Positions 1 through 12,633 of a stretch of DNA of 64,000 nt are shown in pieces; position 1 is the first letter of the stretch, and every line of letters begins with the position of its first letter. Source of the DNA: Podarcis vaucheri (lineage: Eukaryota); NCBI GenBank assembly GCA_965113315.1, contig OZ220370.1. One strand, written 5' to 3'. The translations under genes were made by a program, and so were the position numbers. The notes beneath the pieces are model-generated. The model was not told the DNA's origin. It saw only the letters and a list, made by a program, of their open reading frames with translations, and searched no databases.

Positions 1-944
1 AGTCCCATTGAATTCCCTCTCTTGCTGAAGGGAAGGGCATTTTTGCCCACATGTAAATGAAGATGAGACGGTTTAGACTAGGCCCAAGCTCTGTCTTGTG
101 GGGAAGCCTTCTTTGGGTCTGGCTGAAGTAGGCTGTTGGACCGACTTCCTCCCAGTCCCATCAGAGAGTCCATCCACCTAGGATTAGCTGGTAAGTCTTT
201 TGGGTGGCCAGGAGGCACGTCCCTATTTTCATTGGAGAAATGTTGGAAGGTACATAATCGTTTGATCAGATTGATTGTAGTGGAAGGATTTTGTTACCTG
301 CATGGCATTGCCTTAACTGTGGGGCAGATGCTTCAATTAGGTGCCGTTCGGTAGTGTGGTATACTGAACTGATTATAACGAGTTGTAATGTGCAACTACA
401 GGATAAGGGAGGGAAGAAATTGAAGTGTTCCATGAAAGAAAGCTTATTGGAGACACTCACTAAGGAAATAGAGGAACCGTGGGCCCTGAGGGGAGGAGGT
501 CTTGATCCCAGATGTTTAATGGCCTGTGACAACCAATGGCAAGAGCAGCCTCTTCTGGTCCACAAATGGGCAGCAAATGGATCAGCCTTAGGACCGAACC
601 AAAGATCCAAGTCGGAGTGGAGCTGCCTAAAGGAGGCAGACAAGGCAAGATGGACTCTCCTTTCAGTTTAGAAGAAGGTACCTACACTGCTGGGGTGAAT
701 GTGACATACAGTTGTGGCCTTTCTTTAAATCGACATTCGGTTCTTTACTTTTTTGGTTGAAGAGAGACAACTTAAATTGGTTAATGAATATCGGCTGTCA
801 GTAATAAGACACAACAATTCCACTTCTCTGAAAATAATGAAGGCACTTCAGTGTGAAGACTTAAGAACCTGGGCACCAAATGGAAATGCAGAGGTGTCCG
901 AGAAACAGATGCAAGTTGGAGAGAGAAAGGAGTCTAGAGGAATC

Positions 945-1075
945 CTATATGATCCTACCTGAGCACTGACATCTGCTTCTGAGGCTCTCCTCTGGATGCC
1001 CTCATCTTCAGAGAATAGGTGAGCTGTGACAGAAGAGAAAGGCTTTTAGGAGAGGCACAAATCTTTGAAGACTTG
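945..1075 (+). mobile_element. Degenerate L2 LINE 3' fragment
   Basis: TATGATCCTACCTGAGCACTGACATCTGCTTCTGAGGCTCTCCTC... resembles the squamate L2 ORF2 end (recognised by eye). Confidence 0.45.
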
Positions 1076-1985
1076 CTTATATATATAATGCCAAATTAAG
1101 TCTTAATTTTATGAAGCTTTTTCTGTAACTGCTCACCACTTTTAATTACTGCAACGCCCCCACCCCAGAAAAAGAAAAATTGCTCTTGTTTAGGTAGAGG
1201 GAATGGAAATTTCACCAAAGTGTTTAGGGGAGTTTTCATTTACCTTTCTTTACTTTATGAGGTGGTTGAAGGTTCTCAACCCCTTTCTTCTTGCTTTTTC
1301 ACATTTTTTTTAAAAAATTGCACACCGCTAGCAGTAGTGCAAGGCTCTCTTTGCCACTTCCCATCAGCTGCACTTCCTGGAATGCCTTGGGGAGGTGATG
1401 CTACATCATTTCATGTATCATCTATGGCACTGCAGGAAGTGTGTTCAGAGGGAATTGTCACAATGCACTCTCCAGTTTCTTGCAGGAGGCACTTCTTGGA
1501 ATGCCTTGGGAATGGCACAACCCTATGTTGCATTCCATCACTCCCAAAAAATGCAGCCGCTGAGAAGCTGTAGAGAGAGAGCCTCACACCACTGTGACCA
1601 GTGTGGGGTTGTTGTTTTAAGTTCAAAAACAAGAATAAAAAGAGAAAACTCTAGGCCTCCTAAGTGTAAGATAATCAGCAATCCCCTTCCCCCATCAATG
1701 CAAATGCAAATAATTTTCTCCCATTTTTAATATAGGAACAGACACTAATTTGTTAGTCCGCTATAATGTTGGCAACATCTGAGGACACCTGAAACTTAAA
1801 AATAACATCACCATTCATATATATTACTGTACACCTTGCACATAGAGCTATTTGTCCTGGAAAATAATGGTAATTGAATAGCAGCAATATAGTCCTGTAA
1901 CGTTGAATCAAATAACCTCTGCATAAGCAGCAGAAAAAAAAATCATGATAAAAGCAGAATGATCACAACTCTAGTGTGAAGCACC

Positions 1986-2027
1986 TGCATTTTCTCACTG
2001 TGACTCTGGGTGTCGCTGTTCACCAAT
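1986..2027 (+). promoter_or_regulatory. CSE / CTCF site of exon 1 promoter (CGCT box 2014-2017)
   Basis: GACTCTGGGTGTCGCTGTTCACCAAT, matching the clustered-Pcdh conserved sequence element, ~180 bp upstream of the ATG. Confidence 0.85.
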
Positions 2028-2196
2028 CCAGCAGACTAACACATGGAGCGATCCAGCCTGCCCATTCTTGCAGATAGGCTGGGGTGGAACTGACAGTTCA
2101 GGGAACAAAATGATGCAGGTTTTGCTTTAAAAATAAAAAAGGACAGATAAAAGCTATTTGAACAAGAACTAGTTGTATTCCTTTTTGTGGAAGGAA

Positions 2197-4620
2197 ATGG
2201 AAGGAAAACAGAGGCCTTGGAGTTACAAAGAAATAATCATACAATGCCTTGTAATGGTGAATATTTGGAAGGCAGTTTCTGGACAGATCCACTACTCCAT
2301 TCCAGAGGAGATGCAGAAAAGCTCATTTGTGGGGAATATTGCAAAGGACCTGGGGATAGATCGGAAGCAGCTTTTGGACCATGGACTCCGCATTGTAACT
2401 AGTACAGGTATGAGTCAGTATTTTGAACTGAATTTCAATACTGGCCATTTACAAACCTCTGAGAGAATAGACAGAGAGAAAATCTGTGGAAGGGTAGAAA
2501 TGTGCATCTTAAAGTTTCAAGTTATTGCTGAGAGCAGCTTAAAGCTTTATGTTGTTGAAGTAGAAATCATGGATATAAATGACAATGCTCCCTTCTTTCT
2601 GCTGAAGGGATGGGAACTAAAAATCAGTGAATTGTCTACACCTGGATCCCACTTCCCTCTTCCTGAAGCTCAGGATCCGGATCTGGGGATAAATTCAATA
2701 CAGAGCTACCAACTCACAGGCAGCAGCCATTTTTCTTTGCATGTAAAAACAGGACAGAACGGTGTCAGACGTGCTGAGTTGTTATTGGAGAAACTTCTGG
2801 ACAGGGAAGAGCAACCAGATTATGATCTACTCCTCACAGCTTCTGATGGAGGTGATCCCATCAGGTCTGGCACAGTGCAAATCCACATCATTGTTCTTGA
2901 TGCAAATGACAATGCACCAATTTTCAGCCAACCTGTCTATGAAGTGAGTGTCAATGAGAATATTCCCAAGGGAGCCACACTTTCTACAGTGAGAGCGACT
3001 GATATGGATGAAGGAATCAATGGAGATATAAAATACTCTATCCAACAAATCACAAAAAGGGACTCCCAAATGTTTCTGTTAAATTCCACAACTGGCGAAA
3101 TCATCCTAACTGGGAATCTTGATTTTGAGGAATCATCCTTATATGAATTTGAGGTGCAAGCCATGGATGGGGGCGGTCTAAGTGACAGATCAAAGGTTGT
3201 GATCCTTGTTACAGACTTGAATGACAACGCACCTGAAATAACAATAACTTTTGAACTCAACTCTGTCCCTGAGAATTCACGAACTGGAACTGTCATTGCC
3301 ATTTTAAATGTCCAAGACAAAGATTCAGGAGTCAATGGGGAGGTTATGTGTTCAATTCCCAATAGCCTTCCTTTCCAACTAAAGAAAACAATGGACAATT
3401 TTTACACTTTAGTGACAGACAGAGCCCTTGATAGGGAACAAGTGGCGACCTATGATATCCCTGTTACAGCAAATGATAATGGGACTCCAACATTATCAAC
3501 CTCTGCAATTATTTCACTGCAGCTGTTAGACACAAATGACAATCCCCCACTCTTTTTACAGTCAGCCTACACCTCTTATCTCCTAGAAAATAATCCAAGA
3601 GGTGCCTCAGTCTTTTCTCTGAAAGCAAGTGATCCAGACTGGGAAGAGAATTCCAGAATAGTATATTCCATCACTGAAAGTCAGATCAGCACATCCCCTC
3701 TCTCCTCATACCTCTCCATTAATTCTGAAACTGGGGTTGTTTATGCCTTGACCTCCTTTGATTATGAAGAGTTTCAGGAAATTAAGTTTCTAGTCAAGGC
3801 CCAGGACGGAGGCTCTCCACCACTCAGCTCCAACATCTCAGTGACTCTCTTCATCCTGGACCAGAATGACAACGCTCCCCAAATCCTATTCCCCTCCCCT
3901 CCCACCAACGACTCCACAGGGATAGAGTTGGCCCCTCGCTCCTCTGAGCCAGGCTACCTGGTCACTAAGGTGGTGGCCGTGGATGCGGACTCTGGCCAGA
4001 ATGCCTGGCTCTCCTACCAGCTGATCAAGGCCACCGAGCCAGGGCTCTTCACTCTGGGGCTCCACACGGGAGAGATCAGGACGGCCCGCTTCTTTCTGGA
4101 GAAAGATGCCCTCAAGCAAAGCCTGGTGGTTTTAGTCAAGGACAATGGGCAGCCTCCAATGTCAGCATCAGTCACTGTCACTGTGGTCTTGGCAGACAGC
4201 ATCCCTGACATGCTGACTGATCTGAGCAGCGTCCCAGTATCTGAAGACCCACAGTCAGATCTCACCTTCTACTTGGTGACTGCAGTGGCTTTTGTCTCTT
4301 GCTTGTTCCTTGCCTTCCTGCTTGTGTTACTGGCACTCAAACTTCGCAGATGGAAAAATTCTCAGTTGTGTGACAATGGAAGTATGCATTTTGATGGTGC
4401 TCCCATCTCCCAGTTTGTGGGAATTGATGGCGTCCGGGCATTTCTTCAGTCTTATTGCCATGAGGTTTCACTTACTTCAGGCTCTCGGAAAAGCCAGATA
4501 TTTTTCCCAATTGGAAGCTGTACCAATACTCTCACACCACAACAGGCTCCTGATAAGCCAGGCCCTTTGTTAGTTATAGGTGATTCTAACACAGTTACGG
4601 AGGAGGCAGCAATCCATCAG
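2197..4620 (+). CDS. PCDHGA: Protocadherin gamma-A-like variable exon 1 (signal peptide, EC1-6, TM, variable cytoplasmic region)
   Basis: ORF 2173..4632 with six cadherin repeats (DxNDN, LDRE, AxDxG). Tail [26 protein letters not shown] is gammaA-type. First ATG at 2197; donor CAG|GTGAGT after 4620 (808 codons, phase 0). Orthologue number cannot be assigned. Confidence 0.93.
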
Positions 4621-4854
4621 GTGAGTACATAAATGTCAAGACTTTGGTTTCCTTTATTCAATATTCAGTATTCTATTATTGCATGACAAAACCTAGAGAA
4701 AGCCTGCTTATGCTTTTTATAACAAATATTTAAAGAGACATGGTATTTTGGGGTCCTTACATAATGAAGCAATTACTTTATTGTTTCAAATAAATACTGT
4801 ATTTCAATTTAGGACATAATTTAAAATAATAAATCATCTTAGGATAAGTCTAGT

Positions 4855-5123
4855 GGCAGCCACCTCTCTCTCTTTTAGCCACTGTGACTATGTTGCTGGC
4901 TGACACCATCCCTGCCACCCTTTCAGATTTGAGCAGCACCGTAGCTCCTTCTGATCCTTATCCTACCTGGTTATTGGAGTGGGCTTTGTTTCATGTTCTT
5001 AACTTTCCTCTTGTGTTATTTGCACTCAAGGTTCACAGCTGCAGAAATTCCTAATAACTGTTACTGTCTCACAGTTCTTAGAGATCTATCTAATCCATGC
5101 CTTTCTTCAGTCTTACTGCCTGA
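4855..5123 (+). pseudogene. Decayed relic of a gammaA variable exon (EC6 end, TM, start of cytoplasmic region)
   Basis: GGCAGCCACCTCTCTC...GCTGGCTGACACCATCCCTGC...TACCTGGTT...CTTGTGTTATTTGCACTCAAG...AGAAATTC...TTTCTTCAGTCTTACTGCC aligns with exon 10 (from ~58657) and exon 1 (from ~4149), with indels and no intact frame. Confidence 0.8.
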
Positions 5124-5484
5124 TATGCTTGTACAAAGCTTACGTGGAGGTCATACAATGTCTAGGGTTGGGCGTTACCAGCTTTTCAACATAGCCATGT
5201 ATCACCAACCAGACATTGTGATATAGTGATACATTGCAATGTTGAAAAGTGGAGCGAGGGACAAGCTGCATTAGGCCTAGCCATGTGAGGCACTGGGGTG
5301 AAACTGCCTCAGTATATATGATGAAGGTGCCATATATACCACCAGGTGAAGGTACCATTGTGCTCTGGCTCTCAAACCCGTCCTGGGCGATGCATTGGCC
5401 AGTCCTAACAACGTCTCTTCTTTATTGAGCATCTGATTTTGCATTTAGGTTTGTTACCTTTTGTGATGGCTCTGTTAGTACTAG

Positions 5485-5598
5485 TTACAGTTAGGTAGCC
5501 GTGTTGGTCTGCTGTAATCAAAATAAAATAAAAAAATCCTTCCAGTAGCACCTTAGAGACCAACTAAGTTTGTTATTGGTATGAGCTTTCGTGTGCAT
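5485..5598 (-). mobile_element. Penelope-like element terminal fragment with half a hammerhead motif
   Basis: GTAGCCGTGTTGGTCTG...GTAGCACCTTAGAGACCAACTAAG...GGTATGAGCTTTCGTGTGCAT resembles reptile PLE termini. The minus strand reads CACACGAAAGCTCATACC; the CUGANGA half is missing. Confidence 0.55.
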
Positions 5599-7318
5599 AC
5601 TGCTTTAGTTCTATGGGTGTGGGCGTTATCTGACTAATTTTTCTGGGAGTGAAGGAGTGGTGACGAAAGGGCCCCCTTTCCTTCCAGATTTTGAACACTG
5701 ACTGAGGAGGTGGTTTTTAATTTTTTTAAGACTATCAAAACTAGATGTAATAGGGAAGATGCATACCAGCCTCCCATGTAATAACCCTGCCTTGTTTCAT
5801 TCCACTCCAATCCTAAACTCTACTGTAAAACTCTGGCTTTGTCTTCTAAATCTGAGTTGAGGAAGGGGAGGGGCCCACCCAATTGCCGTCTGGCCCAGAG
5901 CTTTTGCTTTCTTAATGGCCCATTGTCGTTCCTTTGTTTTCTCTTAATGGCTCATCTCCCAGGTTACTTCATAAGGAAGCTCACCTGTCTCACATTTTAA
6001 CCTGTGTTGAGTCCAGGAATTTAGGGGAGTCTGGCACCCACAAACTCATAACAATATATTTGGCGGGGGACTGCTGCTTTTAGTTGGAGCCTGTGACATC
6101 TAATTGTGCATTAACAGTAGCAGTAGTAACAATGCTGGCGTATGTTCAGCTTCTCTACAACTCTTCACAAAATAGTTGCTTTGTCTTTTTTTACCTCTGA
6201 GCTCTATAAGCCCTATGAAGCATTATTATCTGGCCATGCAATGTAGGGACATTTAGGCATTCAGTGCCATGAGACCAAAAGATCTTCAGAATAAAATCAG
6301 AGGTCTGTAAATAGAGAGATACCAGGGTAATGTGATTTGCCCTTCCCCTTACTATATTTTTGTTGTCTTAGGTGGAGGAGAGTTGTTCAAAGAGAAAAAT
6401 GAGAAAGTGTATCCAAATTTGTTTTTGGAAGTTTTATAGACAATGCCAATGTGTACCAAAACTTTGCTTTAGACAACTAGGAAATGTTGGTGGGAGACAT
6501 TGTGTGGAATAAAGAGTCTGATGGAAGTGCATGTACCACCCTCCACAGTGATATGTAGTTCTTCCATATGAGCAGGAAATTTCTTGCATACAAACAGGAA
6601 AAACATACCGTCCTTATTTTACCACACTATTCTGTGATTTCTAGTCTTCATTTGATCTGCTTCTAATGAAATTGTGTCATCTTCATATTTCACTATGGAA
6701 ACACATTTACACTTCCAGTTCTTGTTTATTCTTTTATTCAGTTGTTGAGTATCTTTATTGCATTTGTAGTCCATTACAAAACTTTGATGCAAGGGCTGGA
6801 CACAGGATTCATTGCTTTCATGGAAGACAACAAATACACATGCGTGCATTTGACTGAAATCACAATCATTTGCATCAAAAACATTAGTTGAATGGGCACC
6901 TATGTTATATATTTTTCATGTGAATTAAAAACACACAACAACAATAGGAATGTTAATACAATACTGAGCACGCAGGTCAACGTTGCCAGGTTTTAAAGTG
7001 ACAAACATCTTGTACTATTTGTTTCATCTGTTCAGAAGATAGTTGAGGAGATATCTTAGATTGCAAACTGCCCTAGGCAGTCACCTGTTTTGCATCCCAT
7101 TGATCCAGACCTAAAATATACATATCTACATAATATGCTGCTTTGCACATCATGCTAAGCCATAGTTTGTTTTAAATCATGGCTTACTCCCGCCCCTGTG
7201 GGCACTATGTGCAGCACAAGCAAGCCATAGTAGGATTTGTTGTGTGAAGCCAACATATCTTCTAGACTTCTTACTGTCTTACCACTCATGGCTTCTGTGA
7301 AACAAGCAAACCATGATC

Positions 7319-7465
7319 CATAGAATCATACAATTGTTGAGTTGGAAGGGACCATGAGGATCATCTAGTCCAGCCCCCTGCAATGCAGGAATTTTTTGCA
7401 CAAAGTGGGGCTCAAACCCATGAGCCTAAGATTAAGAGTCTTATGCTCTACTAACTGAGCTATCC
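7319..7465 (-). mobile_element. tRNA(Lys-like)-headed SINE with CR1-type 3' tail
   Basis: Minus strand GGATAGCTCAGTTAGTAGAGCATAAGACTCTTAATCT...CCTGCATTGCAGGGGGCTGGACTAGATGATCC...CCCTTCCAACTC...GATTCTATG. Confidence 0.7.
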
Positions 7466-7847
7466 CAGATCCATACAACACAACATGCCACAGAATGGCT
7501 TCTTTGTGCCATGTGTGGCACCTGCAAGGACATGGGAAAGCTGCAGTAGAGCTAGGAGGCATGTTCATTTGTTTTATTTATTTAATTTACAGATTTATAA
7601 ACACTGTCCCAGCCTGACGCCATTGAACTGGTATTTTAAAAAAGGAAAGAAAAAAATACAAAGTTTAAGAGACTCCAAAAACAATTTTCAAAAGATTTCT
7701 ACACTTGTACAATTAATATTGAATAAAAGCACTAGGTCACACTTCAGGGGGTGCCTTGTTCAGTTAACTTAAAATAAACTAGCTTATATTGGTATGCAAT
7801 CCAAATCAAAATCTCTATTTATTCACATTAACTGGGATTGCGTCTCA

Positions 7848-7890
7848 TGCAGTTCTCTGTCTAAACCTCATAGTGTCACTGTTAGCCAAT
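7848..7890 (+). promoter_or_regulatory. CSE of exon 2 (CACT variant)
   Basis: TGCAGTTCTCTGTCTAAACCTCATAGTGTCACTGTTAGCCAAT. Confidence 0.78.
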
Positions 7891-8120
7891 CTAGATGCAG
7901 ATCCACAGATACTTCCTATACTGTGATACCTCAAAGCAACTGCACAGATAATGGAAACAGCAGAGCACAAAGGAAGAACAGTCTGGATGAGAAGCTGAAA
8001 ATACTACTGGTTTAAATACACTAAGAAAAAGCGAGATTATTCTATCTAACGGGTTTGTCTCTTGTTCTGCTGAGAAACCTGTTCAAAACAAGCTGAAAAA
8101 GTATTTTATCAGAAAACAGA

Positions 8121-10541
8121 ATGGGCAGAAGGCAGAAAGAGGATGGCAAGGCACTCAGAAGGCAAGTACTGCTTCTCTTATTTTTGCCTTTCTCCTGCTG
8201 GGCTGCCTCAGAACAGATTCATTATTCCATTCCTGAGGAGATGGCAAAGGGTTCAATTGTGGGGAATCTCGCCAAGGATTTGGGACTGAATGCCAGAGAT
8301 CTAGGAAGGCGCAATCTGCATGCTGTCTCTGTGAATAAAATGCAGTATTTCAGTATCAATGCAGAAAATGGAAACCTCTATGTAAATGACAGGATTGACA
8401 GAGAGGAAATATGTGAGAAAACTCCACTCTGCCTGGTTAATTTTGAGGTGGTGATTGAAAATCCCTTAAATGTTTTCCATATAACTGTGGAAATTCAGGA
8501 TATTAATGACAATACTCCACATTTTTTGAAAATTAATATCAACTTAGAGATTGTGGAATCCACTTTGCCAGGCACCAGATTTCTCCTTGGAAAAGCTGAA
8601 GATCCTGACATAGGGATGAATTCGCTCCAGAATTACCAGCTGAGCTCTAATAAATATTTGACTTTGGATGTTAAAGAGACTTATGATGGAAATAAATTTG
8701 CAGATTTAGTGCTGCAGAAACCATTAGATCGAGAGACCGAACAGACCCTTCACTTGATCCTCACAGCGTTGGATGGGGGTGAACCTAGAAAAACTGGGAC
8801 TGCCCAGATATGGATTAATGTCACAGATGCCAATGACAACCCACCTGTTTTCACTCAAGAGGTGTACAAGGTCAGTTTGAGGGAAAGTGTTGCAGTTGGA
8901 TCGCTTGTGCTCCAGGTTACAGCTTCTGATAATGATGAAGGTTCAAATGCCCAAATCAGATATCATTTTAGCAATATACCACAGAATGCCAACAAGAAAT
9001 TCAGTCTAGAGCCTTTGAATGGCTCAATCCTACTTATAGGGCTACTGGATTTTGAGGAAACCAAAGAATACACTTTGACAGTTGCAGCAAAAGATGGGGG
9101 TGGGTTAGAGACACATTGTAAAGTTGAAATAAGAGTTATTGATGAGAATGACAATTACCCCGAGGTAACCCTGGTTTCCTTGTTTAGCCCAGTCTCTGAA
9201 GATTCTCTGCCTGGTACCTTAATAGCTCTGATCAATTTGAATGACAAAGATAGTGGAGATAATGGAAAGGTCACTTGCTATTTACAGGATGATTTGCCCT
9301 TCAGAATTATTCCCTCATCTAACAATTACTACAAGCTCCTGACAGATAGTCCACTTGACAGAGAAATAGCTCTAGAGTACAATATCTCAGTAACAGCCTC
9401 TGACAATGGCACTCCCCCTCTCTCCTCACATAAATCTATCACACTTTTGATTGCTGATATCAATGATAATGCCCCTACCTTTCAGAAGCCATCCTACAAC
9501 ATCTATGTGCCAGAAAACAATCCTTCAGGTGCCTCCATTTTCACCATCAAAGCTTCTGATCCTGATACGGACCAGAACTCACGGATCACATACTCCATCC
9601 TCAACAGCAACATCGAGGAGCTTCCCATCTCCTCCTATATCTCCATTAATTCTGAGACTGGCACCATCTATGCCCAGAGATCCTTTGACTATGAACAATT
9701 CAGAGAGTTCCGGCTGCAAGTGAAGGCCCAAGATGGGGGTTCTCCCCCTCTCAGCAGCAATGTGACCATCAGAGTGTTTGTTCGTGACAGGAATGATAAC
9801 AGCCCTCGTATCCTGTCCCCCTCACAAGAAGCCAAGGGCTCAGCCTTGTTTGAGATGGTGCCTCGTTCGGCCGAGGCAGATTATCTTGTCACCAAGGTGG
9901 TGGCCGTGGATGCAGATTCTGGACACAACGCCTGGCTCTCCTACCACCTGACTCAGGCCACTGAGCCGGCACTCTTCACGGTTGGTTCTCATACTGGAGA
10001 GATCAGGACCGCCAGGGCCTTTGTGGAGAGAGACGCCGTGAAACAGAGACTGGTCATTATGGTGAAGGATAACGGGCAGCCGTCTCTCTCGGCCACCATG
10101 ACTCTGAACCTGGTGTTTGCTGAGAACTTTCAGGAGGCCCTTCCGGAAATGAAGAGCCAACCCAGCAGCTCGGAGTATCAGTCTGACCTGCAGTTCTACT
10201 TGGTGCTGGCCTTAGCTGTGATCTCCTTCTTGTTCCTCTTGACTGTCATTCTGGCCGTTACAATGAAGCTCCGTCAATCAGGGCATCCCAGGTTCCTACA
10301 GTGCTTTGGTCCTGTTCCTCATTCCAAGAATGGTGCCATCTTCCCACCCAACTTTGAAGATGGGACTTTGCCCTATTCCTACCAGCTGTGTCTGTCTTCT
10401 GAGACCAGGAAGAATGAGTTTGCCTTCCTGACACCCAATGTTCAGATGGCAGACAAAATTCTTAGTGGTGAGAAATCTGATGTTCCTTTCACAGGGAGAA
10501 GTGAAAGCAATTTGCATTTGGACAAAGTTAATAATGACAAG
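8121..10541 (+). CDS. PCDHGB: Protocadherin gamma-B-like variable exon 2 (clade B1)
   Basis: ORF 8121..10592; six EC repeats, TM, gammaB-type tail [17 protein letters not shown]; donor AAG|GTAAAT after 10541 (807 codons). Confidence 0.92.
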
Positions 10542-11463
10542 GTAAATTTTCTTTTCAAAAATTATTTGTGCTGTATTTTCAATAATTTTTAACCATAACT
10601 ATAATGGAAATATTAATTGTTTACATGTAGCTTACTCTAGCTGCTATATACCTTTCAGCAATTGGCAATTAAGAGGTTGTAGAATATTCTTTATTTTAGG
10701 TTGCTCTCAGAAAGTGCAACACTTGTCGTTGATTTTAATCTAAGATTATTTTGTAGCCAAGTTTGCTATACCAACAACTTTTTTTCTTTTTGTAGAGTGA
10801 AGCTTATATTAGTTAACAAAATTAAATGGTGCCAGACAATCACCATTATAATTATGTCACATGTTAGGGCTATAGTGGTAAATTATAATTTGGTCAAATC
10901 TCAGCCAAATCAAGCAAGCAAGGACCAGAGGCAGAAGGTCTCCTAGATGGGCTGCAGATAAAGGAACAAGAGCTAAGGATGGAAGACAAGTTATATGTTC
11001 ATGGACAGGCTGGTGGGCAGATATATCTGTTAGGCTAAGCCTGACTTTATTCTCATTCTCACTGAAGGACTGCAGGTCAAGAAACCTGCAGCATTCTTAG
11101 TAGCTGGAAATACGTTACTAATCCATGTGCGTCTAGCAAGTCTACCTAAATACTTATGGTAAGAAGTTGACAGAATAACATAGCTCAGGTTTCTTAAATT
11201 CACTCACCACTAGCACTTCATAAATGTTGCAGTAAGCAGATACATATGCCAAAGTAACTAGGTACATAGTCCCTAAAGGTCACTGACTGACAAAAAGATA
11301 TGGGGAACATTGGCAAGAAGCCGTCAATAAACACATATCTGTAAGTGTGTGTCAAACAGATACTCTACATGCAAATCAACCAGATTTAACTGAATGTCAT
11401 ACATACATCTGTAGCAAATCAAAGATTCATGCTGTGTAACATCTGGAATAGTTCTGAAAAGTA

Positions 11464-11911
11464 CAGGTGTCTCCCTCCACTTACACAGGGTTTATGTTCT
11501 TGACCCCTGCAGGCATAACTGAAATCGCATAAAGTGTCCCCCCCTCTCCAAACACCCTACTGTATCCGAAAGTATCCACAACTAGAATTGAAGTTATGGG
11601 GCTGGCAGGAGGCTACAGGATGCATGGGAAAGCGGCTGCTGCTGCGCTACCCCACACATCAGCTGTTAGGCAAGGAAGCTGAGCAGCCTAAACAAAGCCT
11701 CTCTGTGCCTCTAGTCTCTTCTGGGCTTCCTCTGCCCTCATTGTCGTCCTCTTTGGGCTCCAGGGAGGGTTTTCTTGCAAGCCACGTGGGCATTTCAGCT
11801 CTCTTCTGGCATTTCCAGGTTTGAATTGAATTATTTAATTGTTTCCCAAAACCACACATATACATAGTTGAGTGCAGGTCGATATCATGTAAATGGGGGG
11901 GGGGAGGCCTG
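11464..11911. mobile_element. Old Tc1/mariner (Tigger-like) non-autonomous element
   Basis: TA|CAGGTGTCTCCCTCCACTTAC ... GTAAATGGGGG..GAGGCCTG|TA: degenerate TIRs with TA flanks. Confidence 0.45.
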
Positions 11912-12313
11912 TATATAAAACTGAAATATTAATGTTCTTATTCTACAGTAGAATCATATTGCAAGTATTTAAAATGCATACCTCTGCCATACTCAAAGAA
12001 GCTTTATTGAAGACATTATATTTATTTAAGTGAAAAAAGTTGTTGCAAGTCCTGGAAGCCTTTTGTAACATTATCTCAAGTTTCTCACAATAAGCAGGCA
12101 GTTGGAGATGTGATGACTTCTCCTCTATGTTATTGATACTCTAAAGAATTTGAGTTACTGTGGGTTGTAATGAGAAATTATAAAAAATACATTCTGGGTT
12201 GTTGCTTTTGCAAAATCACAAAAGACATTATGTGTTTTACTTGCCACCCACATATACAAGAAAACGGCAAGAAATCCCTTATATGTTATTTGCTGAAGAC
12301 ATAAGACACCTCT

Positions 12314-12356
12314 TGCAGTTCCTCATCTGAGACTCAGAGTGCCGCTGTTGACCAAC
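12314..12356 (+). promoter_or_regulatory. CSE of exon 3 (CGCT)
   Basis: TGCAGTTCCTCATCTGAGACTCAGAGTGCCGCTGTTGACCAAC. Confidence 0.85.
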
Positions 12357-12633
12357 ATAGTTCTCACAGTGGAGCTGAAAATCCAGTGATTTGCTGCTTC
12401 TGCAATGTGATTGTTCAGTCACACAGAGCTGGGAAACAGCAGAACACAGGGACTTCCAAAGTGTTTTGCTGAGAAACAAAAACCACTGCAAAGTACAGAA
12501 ATTCAACAGCAACCAGTAGCCTTGTTTATCATCCCTCATTGAGCTCTTCTGCATCCTAATGGGAATGTGAAACTCCTCATCAGCTCAACGGATCACAGAA
12601 ACCAAGGATAAAGCACATATCCCTGCAAGAGGA

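Noticed and set aside
1-760. Short ORFs and possible retroelement remnant at the window start
   Set aside because: No recognisable protein motif or termini; cannot be assigned without a repeat-library search.
2173-2196. TTG/GTG starts in the ORF track (2173, 38194) and ORF ends past the splice donors
   Set aside because: Eukaryotic locus: the true starts are the nearby ATGs, and the canonical CDS leaves at the GT donor.
7395-7465. tRNA gene candidates (also 49514-49585 and the Sauria SINE heads)
   Set aside because: Decayed stems fused to LINE-derived tails; these are SINE heads, not tRNA genes.
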